NCBI GenBank assembly: GCA_013177825.1
Contig: JABLXX010000001.1
Span: forward strand, 656,936 to 720,935
DNA from: Syntrophaceae bacterium
Lineage (GTDB): Bacteria; Desulfobacterota; Syntrophia; Syntrophales; PHBD01
Reading direction: 5' to 3'
DNA: 64,000 bases
Below, one piece after another: positions 45,608-54,967 of the stretch. The notes below the pieces were generated by a model, which was given only the letters and a program-made list of their open reading frames with translations, did no database searches and was not told the origin of the DNA. Position numbers and translations under genes: made by a program. Numbering within the stretch: position 1 is the stretch's first letter; every line of letters begins with the position of its first letter.

Positions 45608-45656
45608 GGAATCGGGGTTCCGGGCCTGATGCGACCGGTGCGGCAGCCCCGATTCC
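45608..45656. repeat. short inverted repeat with the same GGAATCGG/CCGATTCC termini as A3
   Basis: GGAATCGGGG ... CCCCGATTCC, a perfect 10-bp stem. Confidence 0.5.
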
Positions 45657-45720
45657 ACGCGTTGTCGGACCGAGATCCTTGCAGTCCAACGTTCCACAGT
45701 GAAAGAAAAGGAGGGAACCT

Positions 45721-47379
45721 ATGTCTTTCCAGCGGATCTGGCACAAGAGCTATCCACCGGGTCTTCCGGCGGAGATCGACTTCGACCGCATCACCATGCC
45801 CGAGGCCCTTACACGGTCGGCCTCGCGGTTTCCCGATAACCCCGCCCTGGTTTATTTCGGCACTGTCATCACGTACCGGGAACTGGACAAGCTGGTCAAC
45901 CGCTTCGCCAGGGCTCTCCTCGCCCTGGGGGTCAAAAAGGGCGACAAGGTGTCCATGATCCTGCCCAACATCCCCCAGATCGTCATCGCCGAATACGCGG
46001 CGTTCCGCATCGGGGCGGTCAACGTCATGAACAATCCCCTGTACACGGAGCACGAGCTGGCCCATCAGCTCAACGACTCCGAGTCCACCGTCCTGGTCAC
46101 CCTGGACCTGTTCCACCCGGTGGCACGGAAGCTCCAGGAAAGCACCGGAGCGAAAAAGGCCATCCTTTGCGGCCTGGCGGATTACCTGCCGGAGCCGCTG
46201 AAGCCCCTCTTCCCGCCGGCCGACGTCCCGCCAGCGGAGGGGGTATACAAATTCATGGACCTGATCGGTCCCCAGCCGGACGATCCCGTCCCGAACGATG
46301 CCTCCCTGGAGGAACTGGGGGCCCTCATCTACACGGGCGGGACGACGGGCCTCAGCAAGGGCGTCATGCTGAGCCATGCCAACATCTCCTTCAACGCCCA
46401 GCAGTTCCGGAGGTGGTACATCGGGCTCAAGGACGGCGAGGAGAGGCTGCTGGCCATCTTCCCCTTCTTCCACGCCGCCGGATGGACAGGGCTCCAGAAT
46501 ACGTCCATTTACGCCGGGTGGGCGGACATCCTCGTTCCCCGGCCGGAGCCGGACCGGATCCTGGACCTGCTGGAGAAGTTCAAGCCGACTCTCCTTCCGG
46601 GCGTGTCCACGATTTTTGTGGCGCTTCTCAACACCGAGCGGTTCCGGAAAATGGACCTGTCCTTCCTGAAGGCCTATCTCACCGGATCGGCCCCCATGGC
46701 GGTGGAGACCATCAAGATGCTCAAAGATCTCCGGGACGTGCCCCTGGTCAACGTGTACGGCCTCACGGAGATCACGCCCATGGGGACGGCGACGCCCTGG
46801 GGCGGCGACGAGAAGCCCGGCACCGTCGGAATCCCCTTTCCCAATACGGACCTCAGGATCATGGACCTCGAGACGGGGACGAAGGAAGTACCGCTGGGCG
46901 AGGCCGGCGAGATCTGTTTCAAGGGACCCCAGGTCATGATGGGATACTACAAGAATCCCGAGGAGACGGCGAAGGTCCTTGTGGACGGCTGGCTCCTGAC
47001 GGGCGACATCGGGGTCATGGACGAGGATGGGTACGTCACCATCGTGGATCGGAAGAAGGACATGATCCTCGCCAGCGGATTCAACATCTATCCCAAGGAG
47101 ATCGACGAGCTCCTGATGACCCACCCGAAAGTCCTCGAGGTGTGCACCATCGGGGTTCCCGACGCCTACCGGGGGGAGACGGTGAAGACCTTCGTGGTCG
47201 TCAAGCCGGGGCAGACCATGTCGGAGGAGGACGTGACGTCCTTCTGCCGGCAGACACTGGCGGCCTACAAGATTCCGAAAATGGTGGAATTCCTGGAGGC
47301 GCTGCCGAAGAGCGCCGTCGGCAAGATCCTGCGGCGGGAGCTCCGGGACCTGGAGATGAAGAAAATGGGAAAGGCCTGA
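45721..47379 (+). CDS. long-chain acyl-CoA synthetase (FadD-like), paralog of 37106
   Basis: N-terminus F.RIWHKSY shared with 37106. YTGGTTGLSKG, YGLTE and TGDIG. Confidence 0.95.
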   Translation: MSFQRIWHKSYPPGLPAEIDFDRITMPEALTRSASRFPDNPALVYFGTVITYRELDKLVNRFARALLALGVKKGDKVSMILPNIPQIVIAEYAAFRIGAVNVMNNPLYTEHELAHQLNDSESTVLVTLDLFHPVARKLQESTGAKKAILCGLADYLPEPLKPLFPPADVPPAEGVYKFMDLIGPQPDDPVPNDASLEELGALIYTGGTTGLSKGVMLSHANISFNAQQFRRWYIGLKDGEERLLAIFPFFHAAGWTGLQNTSIYAGWADILVPRPEPDRILDLLEKFKPTLLPGVSTIFVALLNTERFRKMDLSFLKAYLTGSAPMAVETIKMLKDLRDVPLVNVYGLTEITPMGTATPWGGDEKPGTVGIPFPNTDLRIMDLETGTKEVPLGEAGEICFKGPQVMMGYYKNPEETAKVLVDGWLLTGDIGVMDEDGYVTIVDRKKDMILASGFNIYPKEIDELLMTHPKVLEVCTIGVPDAYRGETVKTFVVVKPGQTMSEEDVTSFCRQTLAAYKIPKMVEFLEALPKSAVGKILRRELRDLEMKKMGKA

Positions 47380-47450
47380 CGTTCCGGGCCTTTGAACGAT
47401 TCCGCCGGCCCTTCGGGGGCCGGCCTTGCACAGATTGAAAGGAGAATACG

Positions 47451-49121
47451 ATGATCCTGGCATCACAGGAAACGATTCGCCGGTGGACTGAGGCGGGGGC
47501 CTGGGGACACAAGACGCTGCTCGATTATTTCCGTTTTCACGTCCGCAAGGCGCCTGACAAGATCTGTCTGGTCGATCCATTGAACAAGGAAGCCCTCGTG
47601 GGGCTGAAACCGGAGAAGCTGACCTACGGGGAACTCGCCCGAGCGGCCGATGCCGTGGCCGAAGGGCTCCTGGCGAAGGGATACGGGAAGGACGACATTT
47701 TCATGGTCCAGCTTCCCAACGTCTGGGAACTGGCCATGCTGTACCTAGCAATCTCGCGCATGGGCGGACTCATTTCTCCCATGCCCATGCAGTGGCGGGC
47801 CTCGGAGCTGGAGTTCATCGCAGGGATCACGGAGGCCAAGGCCATCCTGACGGTCGAATCCTTCGGGAACTTCGGCCACGGGGAGATGGCGGAGAAGGTC
47901 AAGGCAAAGCAGGCCTCGATCCGGGAGATCATCTACCTGCCGGAGATCCGGGAAATGTCGAAGCAGCCTCTGACGGGGAAGCTCGACGGCATCGTCGTCG
48001 ACCCCAACGACATCTTCACCCTCTCCTGGTCGTCGGGGACCGAGGCGGAGCCCAAGGGTTGCCCGCTGTCGCACAACAACTGGATCTTTCAGGGGAACCT
48101 GTGCTTCGAGATGGCGCCCATCTCCTGGGGGGACAACCTGATCACGGCGGGACCGCTGGTCAACATGGCCTCCATCGGGACGGTCTACATCCCCTGGCTC
48201 ATCGGCGGCGGAAAGCTCGTTCTCCACCACCCCTTCGACGGTCCTTCGTTCGTCATGCAGCTCATGGCGGAGGAGATCCACTACACCCTGCTGGTGCCGG
48301 CGGTCGTGAACGCCCTCCTGAAGCACCCCATGGTGGACAAGTTCGACTTCAGCAAGATGAGGGCCATCACGATCGGCGCCGCTCCACCGTCCCTGTGGTC
48401 TGTTCAGGAGCTCCAGCGCCGCTGGGGAATCGACTTCGCCAACATCTGGGGACAGAACGAGGGGACGGCCAACGTGGCCAGCGGCTACGACATTCCCGAC
48501 ATGGCCATGCGCCTGGATCATTTCCTCTTCACCGGCCCGGGGAGCAAGTGGACCCGGACGGGCACCCAGATGTCGAAGCATGTTTCCATGAAGCTGATCA
48601 ACGCCGGCATCCCCGGCGGCCCGAAGAAAGAAGGGGACGTAGGGGAACTGTGGTACCGGGGGCCCAATGTGATCCCCGGCTACTTCAAGCGGCCCGACCT
48701 GACGGCCAAGGCCTTCGACGCGGAGGGTTACTTCAACACGGGTGACCTCTTCCAGTTGAAGGACAACGAGTGCATCGGCTTCTTCGAGCGGTCCAAGGAC
48801 ATCATCATCCGGGGCGGCTTCAACGTCAGCGCCCAGGAGGTGGAGAACATGGTCCTCGGCCACCCGAAGGTCCTGGACGCCGCGGCCGTGGCCATGCCCG
48901 ACGAGGCCCTCGGGGAGCGGACCTGCGTCTACGTCGTTCCGAAACCGGGCGAAACGGTGACCCTCGAGGAGATCGTGGCTTTCATGAAGGAGAAGGGGCT
49001 GGCGGTCTACAAGATCCCCGAGCGGCTGGAGATCATCGAAGCCATCCCGCGCAATCCCGTGGGAAAGATCCTCAAGAAGGTCCTGCGAGAGGACATCAAG
49101 AAGAAGTTGGGCACACCCTGA
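47451..49121 (+). CDS. class I adenylate-forming enzyme (acyl-CoA ligase with divergent P-loop)
   Basis: WSSGTEAEPKG, WGQNE, FNTGD and RSKDIIIRGG. Confidence 0.88.
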   Translation: MILASQETIRRWTEAGAWGHKTLLDYFRFHVRKAPDKICLVDPLNKEALVGLKPEKLTYGELARAADAVAEGLLAKGYGKDDIFMVQLPNVWELAMLYLAISRMGGLISPMPMQWRASELEFIAGITEAKAILTVESFGNFGHGEMAEKVKAKQASIREIIYLPEIREMSKQPLTGKLDGIVVDPNDIFTLSWSSGTEAEPKGCPLSHNNWIFQGNLCFEMAPISWGDNLITAGPLVNMASIGTVYIPWLIGGGKLVLHHPFDGPSFVMQLMAEEIHYTLLVPAVVNALLKHPMVDKFDFSKMRAITIGAAPPSLWSVQELQRRWGIDFANIWGQNEGTANVASGYDIPDMAMRLDHFLFTGPGSKWTRTGTQMSKHVSMKLINAGIPGGPKKEGDVGELWYRGPNVIPGYFKRPDLTAKAFDAEGYFNTGDLFQLKDNECIGFFERSKDIIIRGGFNVSAQEVENMVLGHPKVLDAAAVAMPDEALGERTCVYVVPKPGETVTLEEIVAFMKEKGLAVYKIPERLEIIEAIPRNPVGKILKKVLREDIKKKLGTP

Positions 49122-49170
49122 CGTCCGCCGGGAGACCACGGCTGCGTTCGGGCGCGGTACAAAAATATGT

Positions 49171-49497
49171 GGGAGGGGGCTTCCCTCGCGCTCAGAAGCG
49201 TTTTTTCGACCCTGCAACGTCTCGCTCCGCTGCAAAGTCATAACTCGCACCTGGCGGTGCTCAGACAGATGACTTTGCGGGCGCTACGCTGCGACGGCAG
49301 GGTGCCCCGAAAAAGCCGCTATTCGCGCTCCGGGAAGCCCCCTCTCCCCGACGGACGTTCGCGGGGGCGCGACCGGGGGTTTCCAGAGGAGCAATTGGGA
49401 CTTTTTTCCCATCCCTCCATCCTGACGGACCGTCGACGACGGATCGCGGGAAAAAACGTCCGCGACGGCGGAAGCCCCCGTGGCAGCCCCCGCGCCA
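49171..49497. repeat. composite palindromic repeat: family A core (49171-49346) plus family C hairpin (49360-49494)
   Basis: About ten differences from 57823-58138 over roughly 318 nt by manual comparison. Two nested long hairpins. Confidence 0.92.
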
Positions 49498-49659
49498 AGG
49501 CGCATCCTGCACAGGAAAGGGTGATCCGGCCGGATGGGAAACAAAAGGGGAATAAGGTATGGGGCGGGCTTGAAAGCCGTTCCTTTCTTCAAAGAGCGAA
49601 AGATACAGCGCAATGAATTATCCGGGCTTTTCCCAAGGTTGAGAAAGGAGGAGAACGAC

Positions 49660-51285
49660 ATGATGGATTACCCGCTCCTGCTGACGACGTTCATGACTCG
49701 GACAGCGAAATTCTTTTCGAAGAAGGAAATCGTCTCCGTCTATCCCGAGGAGAACTTCCGCTACACCTATGCCGATTATTACCGGCGGACCTGCCAGCTG
49801 GCTCACGCCCTGAAGTCCCTGGGAGTGAAGAGGGGTGACCGGGTGGCCAGCATGGCCCTCAACAGCCATCGCCACCTGGAGCTGTATTTCGGTGTTCCCT
49901 GCATGGGGGCGGCCCTGCACACGGTGAACTTCCGCCTGCCGCCGCATCACCTGGCCTACATCCTGAATCACGCAGAGGACCAGGTGGTCTTCGTGGACGA
50001 GGATCTGGTCTTCTTCCTGGAGATGATCAAAGACCAGCTCAAGACGGTGAAGCATTTCGTGATCCTTTCGCAGACGGGCAAGATGCCGCAGACGTCGCTC
50101 AGCCCCGTCACCCTTTACGACGACCTCATTGCCCCCTTCCCGACGGAGTACGACTGGCCGCGGGACCTCTCCGAGTGGGATCCGGCGCTCATCTGCTACA
50201 CCTCCGCCACAACGGGAGATCCGAAGGGGGTCGTGTACAGCCATCGCGGTATCGTGATGCACACGTACGCCGCCTGCTGCACCCTCGGCACCACGGAGAG
50301 CGACTGCTGCCTCCACGTCGTGCCCATGTTCCATGCCAACGCCTGGGGCGTTCCCTTCGCCTGCATGGCCCTGGGCTGCAAGCAGGTCCTCCCGGGACGG
50401 GAGTTGTTGAACATGGAGAAGATCTGCCGGATGATCGCCGACGAGAAGGTCACCTTCACCGCCGGTGTGCCGACGATCTGGATGATGCTGTACCAGTACC
50501 TGGAGGCGGGCGGCTGGTACGATTTTTCCTCCCTGAAGGGGATCTTTTCCGGCGGATCCGCCTGCCCCCGGTTCCTCATGGAGGGCCTGAACGAGAAGTA
50601 CGGATTCCCCATCCACCAGGCCTACGGCATGACGGAGACGACGCCCCTGGTCCTGGCGGCGATCCCGAAAAGTGACATGCAGGGCCTGTCCCAGCAGGAG
50701 ATGTACGACATCAAATCCAGCGCCGGACTCCTGGTGCCGGGGCTGGAGATGCGGATCGTCGACGAGCGGGGCCGGGACGTCCCCATGGACGGCAAGTCCT
50801 GGGGAGAGATCCTGCTCCGTGGCCCCTGGATCGCCAGGGAATACTACAAGGATCCCGAGCGGTCGGCGCCTGTCTTCGCCGGTGGCTGGCTTCACACGGG
50901 CGACGTGGGGACCATCGATTCCGAGGGGTACGTTCGCCTGGTGGACCGGACGAAGGACCTCGTGAAAAGCGGCGGCGAGTGGATCTCATCGGTGGACCTG
51001 GAGAACCTCATCATGGCCCATCCCAAGGTTCTCGAGGCGGCAATTATCGGGATTCCCGACGAAAAGTGGTCCGAGCGGCCCCTGGGCTGCATCGTCGTGA
51101 AGCCCGGGGAGACGCTTACCACATCGGAGATCAGGGACTTTCTCAAGGACCGGGTCAAGGCCGACTGGTGGATTCCCAAACAGTTTGCTTTTATTGATGC
51201 GATTCCCAAGACGAGCGTCGGCAAGTTCAGCAAGCGCGACCTCCGGCAGATGCATGCGGAGGGGAAGCTGACGCTGACGTCTTGA
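49660..51285 (+). CDS. medium/long-chain acyl-CoA ligase (AlkK/FadD-like)
   Basis: YTSATTGDPKG, PMFHANAWG, GMTET, DRTKDLVKSGGEWISS and KTSVGK. Confidence 0.93.
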   Translation: MMDYPLLLTTFMTRTAKFFSKKEIVSVYPEENFRYTYADYYRRTCQLAHALKSLGVKRGDRVASMALNSHRHLELYFGVPCMGAALHTVNFRLPPHHLAYILNHAEDQVVFVDEDLVFFLEMIKDQLKTVKHFVILSQTGKMPQTSLSPVTLYDDLIAPFPTEYDWPRDLSEWDPALICYTSATTGDPKGVVYSHRGIVMHTYAACCTLGTTESDCCLHVVPMFHANAWGVPFACMALGCKQVLPGRELLNMEKICRMIADEKVTFTAGVPTIWMMLYQYLEAGGWYDFSSLKGIFSGGSACPRFLMEGLNEKYGFPIHQAYGMTETTPLVLAAIPKSDMQGLSQQEMYDIKSSAGLLVPGLEMRIVDERGRDVPMDGKSWGEILLRGPWIAREYYKDPERSAPVFAGGWLHTGDVGTIDSEGYVRLVDRTKDLVKSGGEWISSVDLENLIMAHPKVLEAAIIGIPDEKWSERPLGCIVVKPGETLTTSEIRDFLKDRVKADWWIPKQFAFIDAIPKTSVGKFSKRDLRQMHAEGKLTLTS

Positions 51286-51291
51286 TCGTCA

Positions 51292-51412
51292 AGGCTGTTG
51301 AAAAAGGGTGTCTGCTGCGTTGTCCTCATCCCACCCCGCTCGACGTACAGTCTAGTACGCCTCACGGTCCGGGATTTCGGGCGCCTTGCATTCAACCCTT
51401 TTTGAAAAGCCT
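51292..51412. repeat. ~120-bp MITE-like repeat, family B, copy B1
   Basis: Imperfect terminal inverted repeats AGGCTGTTGAAAAAGGGT / ACCCTTTTTGAAAAGCCT. The reverse complement aligns with 58170-58293. Confidence 0.8.
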
Positions 51413-51528
51413 CTGGCAATAAGTCGCAACACGATGCTCCTGCTTCTCCGGGGTTCCCCGGCAGCACCACCGCGGGAATCGGTCGGTCACCGGGCGCATG
51501 GGCTGTCACGGTGGAAGCGGTTTTCCCC

Positions 51529-51557
51529 TTGCCTGCCGCAGGCTTTTTCCCTATAAT
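51529..51557 (+). promoter_or_regulatory. sigma70-type promoter
   Basis: TTGCCT-17 nt-TATAAT. Confidence 0.6.
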
Positions 51558-51665
51558 CGGCCCGCTTCCGCAGGAGGGACCCCGGCCTGGGAAAAGGCTG
51601 CGCCATCCGGTTGGTGGCGCGAGGGGTGCGGCGGCGAATTCAACCATTCACACGGAGGCATCATC

Positions 51666-52199
51666 ATGAAGAAAGCGTTGGTTTTTTGTGCGGCGATCCT
51701 TTTCCTTCTTGGATCGACGGCCGTTGCGGCGGAGTTGAAGGTTGGCGCCAAGGCGTCGGATTTCAATTTCAAGGACTCGAAGGGGAAGGCCTACAGCCTG
51801 AACTCCCCGGAGCTGGCCGGTAAGGTCGTTTCATTCTTCTATGCCGACCCGGGCTCCAAGGACATGAACAATGAGGCCCAGGCCGCCCTCAAGGCAGCCC
51901 CCGGCATCGAGCGGAACACGAAATACAAGGGGCTCGGTGTGGTCAACCTGAAGGCCAGCATGCTGCCCGACTTTCTCCTGAAGAAGGCGATTGCCAGCAA
52001 GCAGAAGGAAGCGCCCGATGCGATCATCCTCATGGATCCCGATTACTCCATGCTGAACGCCTGGGGCCTCACGAACAAGGTGTCCAACGTGATCGTCCTC
52101 GACAAGCAGCGGATCTGCCGCTACATCTACAAGGGGAAGCTTCCGAAGGCCGAGATCGACAAGCTGATCAATGTGATCAGGGAATATCAGAACAAATAA
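51666..52199 (+). CDS. YtfJ-family exported protein (thioredoxin-like fold)
   Basis: Signal peptide, FFYADP, GVVNLK, ILMDPD...AWGL and VIVLDK. Confidence 0.7.
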   Translation: MKKALVFCAAILFLLGSTAVAAELKVGAKASDFNFKDSKGKAYSLNSPELAGKVVSFFYADPGSKDMNNEAQAALKAAPGIERNTKYKGLGVVNLKASMLPDFLLKKAIASKQKEAPDAIILMDPDYSMLNAWGLTNKVSNVIVLDKQRICRYIYKGKLPKAEIDKLINVIREYQNK

Positions 52200-52222
52200 C
52201 GACCCGCGGGTCGATCGGAACG

Positions 52223-52278
52223 AATCCCCCTTCCTTCAGCCCCGGATATGACGGCGATGGAAGGGGGATTTCTTTTTT
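52223..52278 (+). terminator. intrinsic terminator
   Basis: 12-bp stem AATCCCCCTTCC/GGAAGGGGGATT followed by TCTTTTTT. The loop is large. Confidence 0.55.
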
Positions 52279-52334
52279 CCGTCCCTTTTGATACAGGAAA
52301 CGGGCAGGTTCCGACAGGGAAGGTTTGAAGAGAT

Positions 52335-53183
52335 ATGGCGGCGATCATCGACGGCAAGGCCGTGGCAGGACAGGTGAGGGAAGAGCTGCGACAGAAGGCG
52401 GCGATTCTGAAACAGGCGAAGGGCATCGCACCGGGGCTGGCGGTCATCCTCGTCGGGGACGACCCGGCGTCCCAGGTGTACGTCCGGGGAAAGAGGAAGG
52501 CCTGCGACGAGGCGGGGTTTCTTTCCCGGGAATACCGGCTCCCGGCGGAGACGCCGGAGACGGAGGTGCTGCGCATCATCGGAGAGCTCAATGCGGACCC
52601 GGAAATCCACGGAATCCTCGTCCAGATGCCTGTCCCCCCGCAGATCCGTCCCGAGGCCGTCGTCGAGGCGATCGACCCCCGGAAGGACGTGGACGGGCTG
52701 CACCCCTTCAACGCGGGAAGGCTCTTCTCGGGCGACCCGTTTCACAAGGCCTGCACCCCCTCCGGGGTTATCGAGCTGATGGACCGGTACGGGATCCCCA
52801 TCGAAGGGAAAGAGGCCGTCATCGTGGGCCGGAGCAACCTCGTCGGCAAGCCCCTGTCCCTGATGCTTCTGGCCCGGCACGCCACCGTCACGATCTGCCA
52901 CACCCGGACCCGCGACCTCGGAGCGGTGTGCCGCCGGGCGGAGATCCTGGTGGCCGCGGCGGGCAAGGCCGGGATGATCCGGGGCGACATGGTCCGCGAC
53001 GGCGCCGTCGTGATCGATGTGGGCATCAACCGCGTCGAAGGCAGGCTGCTGGGTGACGTAGCTTTCCAGGATGCGGAGCCCCGGGCCTCCTGGATCACCC
53101 CGGTGCCGGGCGGTGTCGGCCCCATGACGATCGCCATGCTCCTGGCGAACACGTACCGGGCGGCGGAGCGGGCGACGGAATAA
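52335..53183 (+). CDS. folD: methylenetetrahydrofolate dehydrogenase/cyclohydrolase
   Basis: VGDDPASQVYV, KDVDG, IVGRSNLVGKP, DVGINR and TPVPGGVGPMT. Confidence 0.97.
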   Translation: MAAIIDGKAVAGQVREELRQKAAILKQAKGIAPGLAVILVGDDPASQVYVRGKRKACDEAGFLSREYRLPAETPETEVLRIIGELNADPEIHGILVQMPVPPQIRPEAVVEAIDPRKDVDGLHPFNAGRLFSGDPFHKACTPSGVIELMDRYGIPIEGKEAVIVGRSNLVGKPLSLMLLARHATVTICHTRTRDLGAVCRRAEILVAAAGKAGMIRGDMVRDGAVVIDVGINRVEGRLLGDVAFQDAEPRASWITPVPGGVGPMTIAMLLANTYRAAERATE

Positions 53184-53207
53184 GAAAACCGCGGTGGGAC
53201 GGGTGCC

Positions 53208-53810
53208 ATGAAATCACTCAAGGACATCTTCGGCCGGCGCAAGGACGCCTTCTACACCCGGGACTGGCTCCGGGAGCCCTACGCGGAGATCGGCGTCCAT
53301 ACCTACGGGAAACCGGAAGTGGTCCAGTTCCACGGTGCCGAGGCGCATCTGACGATCGGTAAATTCTGCTCCATCGCGGGGTCGGTCACGATTTTCCTCG
53401 GCGGAGACCACCGGACCGACTGGGTGACGACTTATCCCTTTCCCGTCCTGTCGGCCTTCTGGCCTTCCGTGCCGTCGATTCCCCACTCGGCCGTGACCAA
53501 GGGCGACGTGGTCATCGGAAACGACGTCTGGATCGGCTTCGGGGCCATGATCCTCTCAGGCGTGACTATTGGCGACGGGGCCGTGATCGGGGCCAGGGCC
53601 ATGGTGGCCTCGGACGTCAAGCCCTACACGGTGGCCGTAGGCAATCCCGCGCGATCGGTGAGCCAGCGTTTCGACGATGAAACCGTCGCCCGCCTTCTCA
53701 GGATCCGCTGGTGGGACTGGCCCGACGAGGTCATCGCCGAGCGGATCCCCCTGCTGTGCGGCGGCGATATCGCGTCTTTCCTCGACCGCTTCGATCCCGA
53801 CGGCCCATGA
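53208..53810 (+). CDS. CatB-related hexapeptide O-acetyltransferase
   Basis: IGKFCSIA, TTYPF, KGDVVIGNDVWIG, GNPAR and RWWDW. Confidence 0.9.
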   Translation: MKSLKDIFGRRKDAFYTRDWLREPYAEIGVHTYGKPEVVQFHGAEAHLTIGKFCSIAGSVTIFLGGDHRTDWVTTYPFPVLSAFWPSVPSIPHSAVTKGDVVIGNDVWIGFGAMILSGVTIGDGAVIGARAMVASDVKPYTVAVGNPARSVSQRFDDETVARLLRIRWWDWPDEVIAERIPLLCGGDIASFLDRFDPDGP

Positions 53811-54931
53811 AGGGACGCCTTCGACCCCTCCTCCTTGACACCCTGCTGTTCCTCCTGTCGGTGGCAGCGGCCCTGGCCGTCGCCGAGTGTTCCCTCCCCC
53901 TGGTCAAAAACCGCAGCCTCGACGAAGCCGTTTACCAGGCCCGCCGGCCCGTAATCCAGGCCCAGTACGGGGCCTTCCATCCCGTCCTCGGATTCACCCT
54001 GCAGAATAACCTCCGGGGCGTCCGGCAGTTCTATCCGGGACAGCTCGACTACACGGTGGACACGAATTCACAGGGATTCCGGGGACCCGAGTGGGACCTG
54101 TCTCCGAGGCGGAAAAACGTGCTGATCCTGGGGGATTCCTTCGCCTTCGGCTGGGGTGTTGCCTGGGGGGAAACAATGGGGCAGGTCCTGGAGCGGGAGC
54201 TTCGGAAGTCCGATCCCGCCTGGCAGGTGATCAACCTGGCCATGCCCGGCTGGAGCATCCGGGAGGTTGTAGCGGCCCTTGAACTTTATCGGGACGTCCT
54301 GAAGCCCGTTGCCGTGATCTATGTCTTCTGTCCCAACGACATCGACGGGATGACGCCGCCGCTCCCCGACGGGACCTATGACCTGTCGTATCATCCGCCG
54401 CCGGGCGCCGGGAAAATCTTCGCCGATCTTGTCCGGCGGAACCAGCCTGAGTACCGGTCCCTGAAAAAATGGCTCTACCGGTCCTACCTGAAGGCGTTCC
54501 ACGCCCGCTTCATCCGGCCGCTGTTGAGCAGACGGATCCGGACGTCCATGCGGGTGGACGCGCCCCCCGCCGGATTCGACTTCCCGCCTCCCCTGGAGAC
54601 GGCGGACACGCCGGACGGCCCCGAGACCCGTTTCCTTCGCTACGGCCTGCAGCGCCTCCGGACGGCGGCAGGCGGGGCCGAGCTGATCCTGACGACCACG
54701 TCCGACAAGTCCATCGTCTACAAGGCGGACCGGCCGGAGAACCTCCGGTGGGTCCTGAAGGACTTCAGCCTGAAAACACCGGGGGCCCGCTTTGTCGATT
54801 TCGAGGAATTCGTCAGGCGTTCGCCGGACGGGCGGAAATTCTACCTGGACTTTGACGACCACTGGTCGTCGGCGGGACATGCAGCGGCGGCAGGAATGAT
54901 TCTTCCGGCCCTCCGGTCGGAGAGCCGGTGA
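53807..54931 (+). CDS. membrane-anchored SGNH/GDSL hydrolase-family protein
   Basis: N-terminal TM helix, NSQGFRG, LGDSFAFG, INLAMPG, PND and DDHWS. ATGA overlap with the upstream gene. Confidence 0.88.
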   Translation: MKGRLRPLLLDTLLFLLSVAAALAVAECSLPLVKNRSLDEAVYQARRPVIQAQYGAFHPVLGFTLQNNLRGVRQFYPGQLDYTVDTNSQGFRGPEWDLSPRRKNVLILGDSFAFGWGVAWGETMGQVLERELRKSDPAWQVINLAMPGWSIREVVAALELYRDVLKPVAVIYVFCPNDIDGMTPPLPDGTYDLSYHPPPGAGKIFADLVRRNQPEYRSLKKWLYRSYLKAFHARFIRPLLSRRIRTSMRVDAPPAGFDFPPPLETADTPDGPETRFLRYGLQRLRTAAGGAELILTTTSDKSIVYKADRPENLRWVLKDFSLKTPGARFVDFEEFVRRSPDGRKFYLDFDDHWSSAGHAAAAGMILPALRSESR

Positions 54932-54967
54932 ATCGGTACTGCTGAGGTTTCCTGGACGGACGGCCCG

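Noticed and set aside
53208-53810. Chloramphenicol/streptogramin resistance gene
   Set aside because: The CatB-like fold is shared with sugar O-acetyltransferases. It overlaps an SGNH gene in a glycan locus and has no mobile context.
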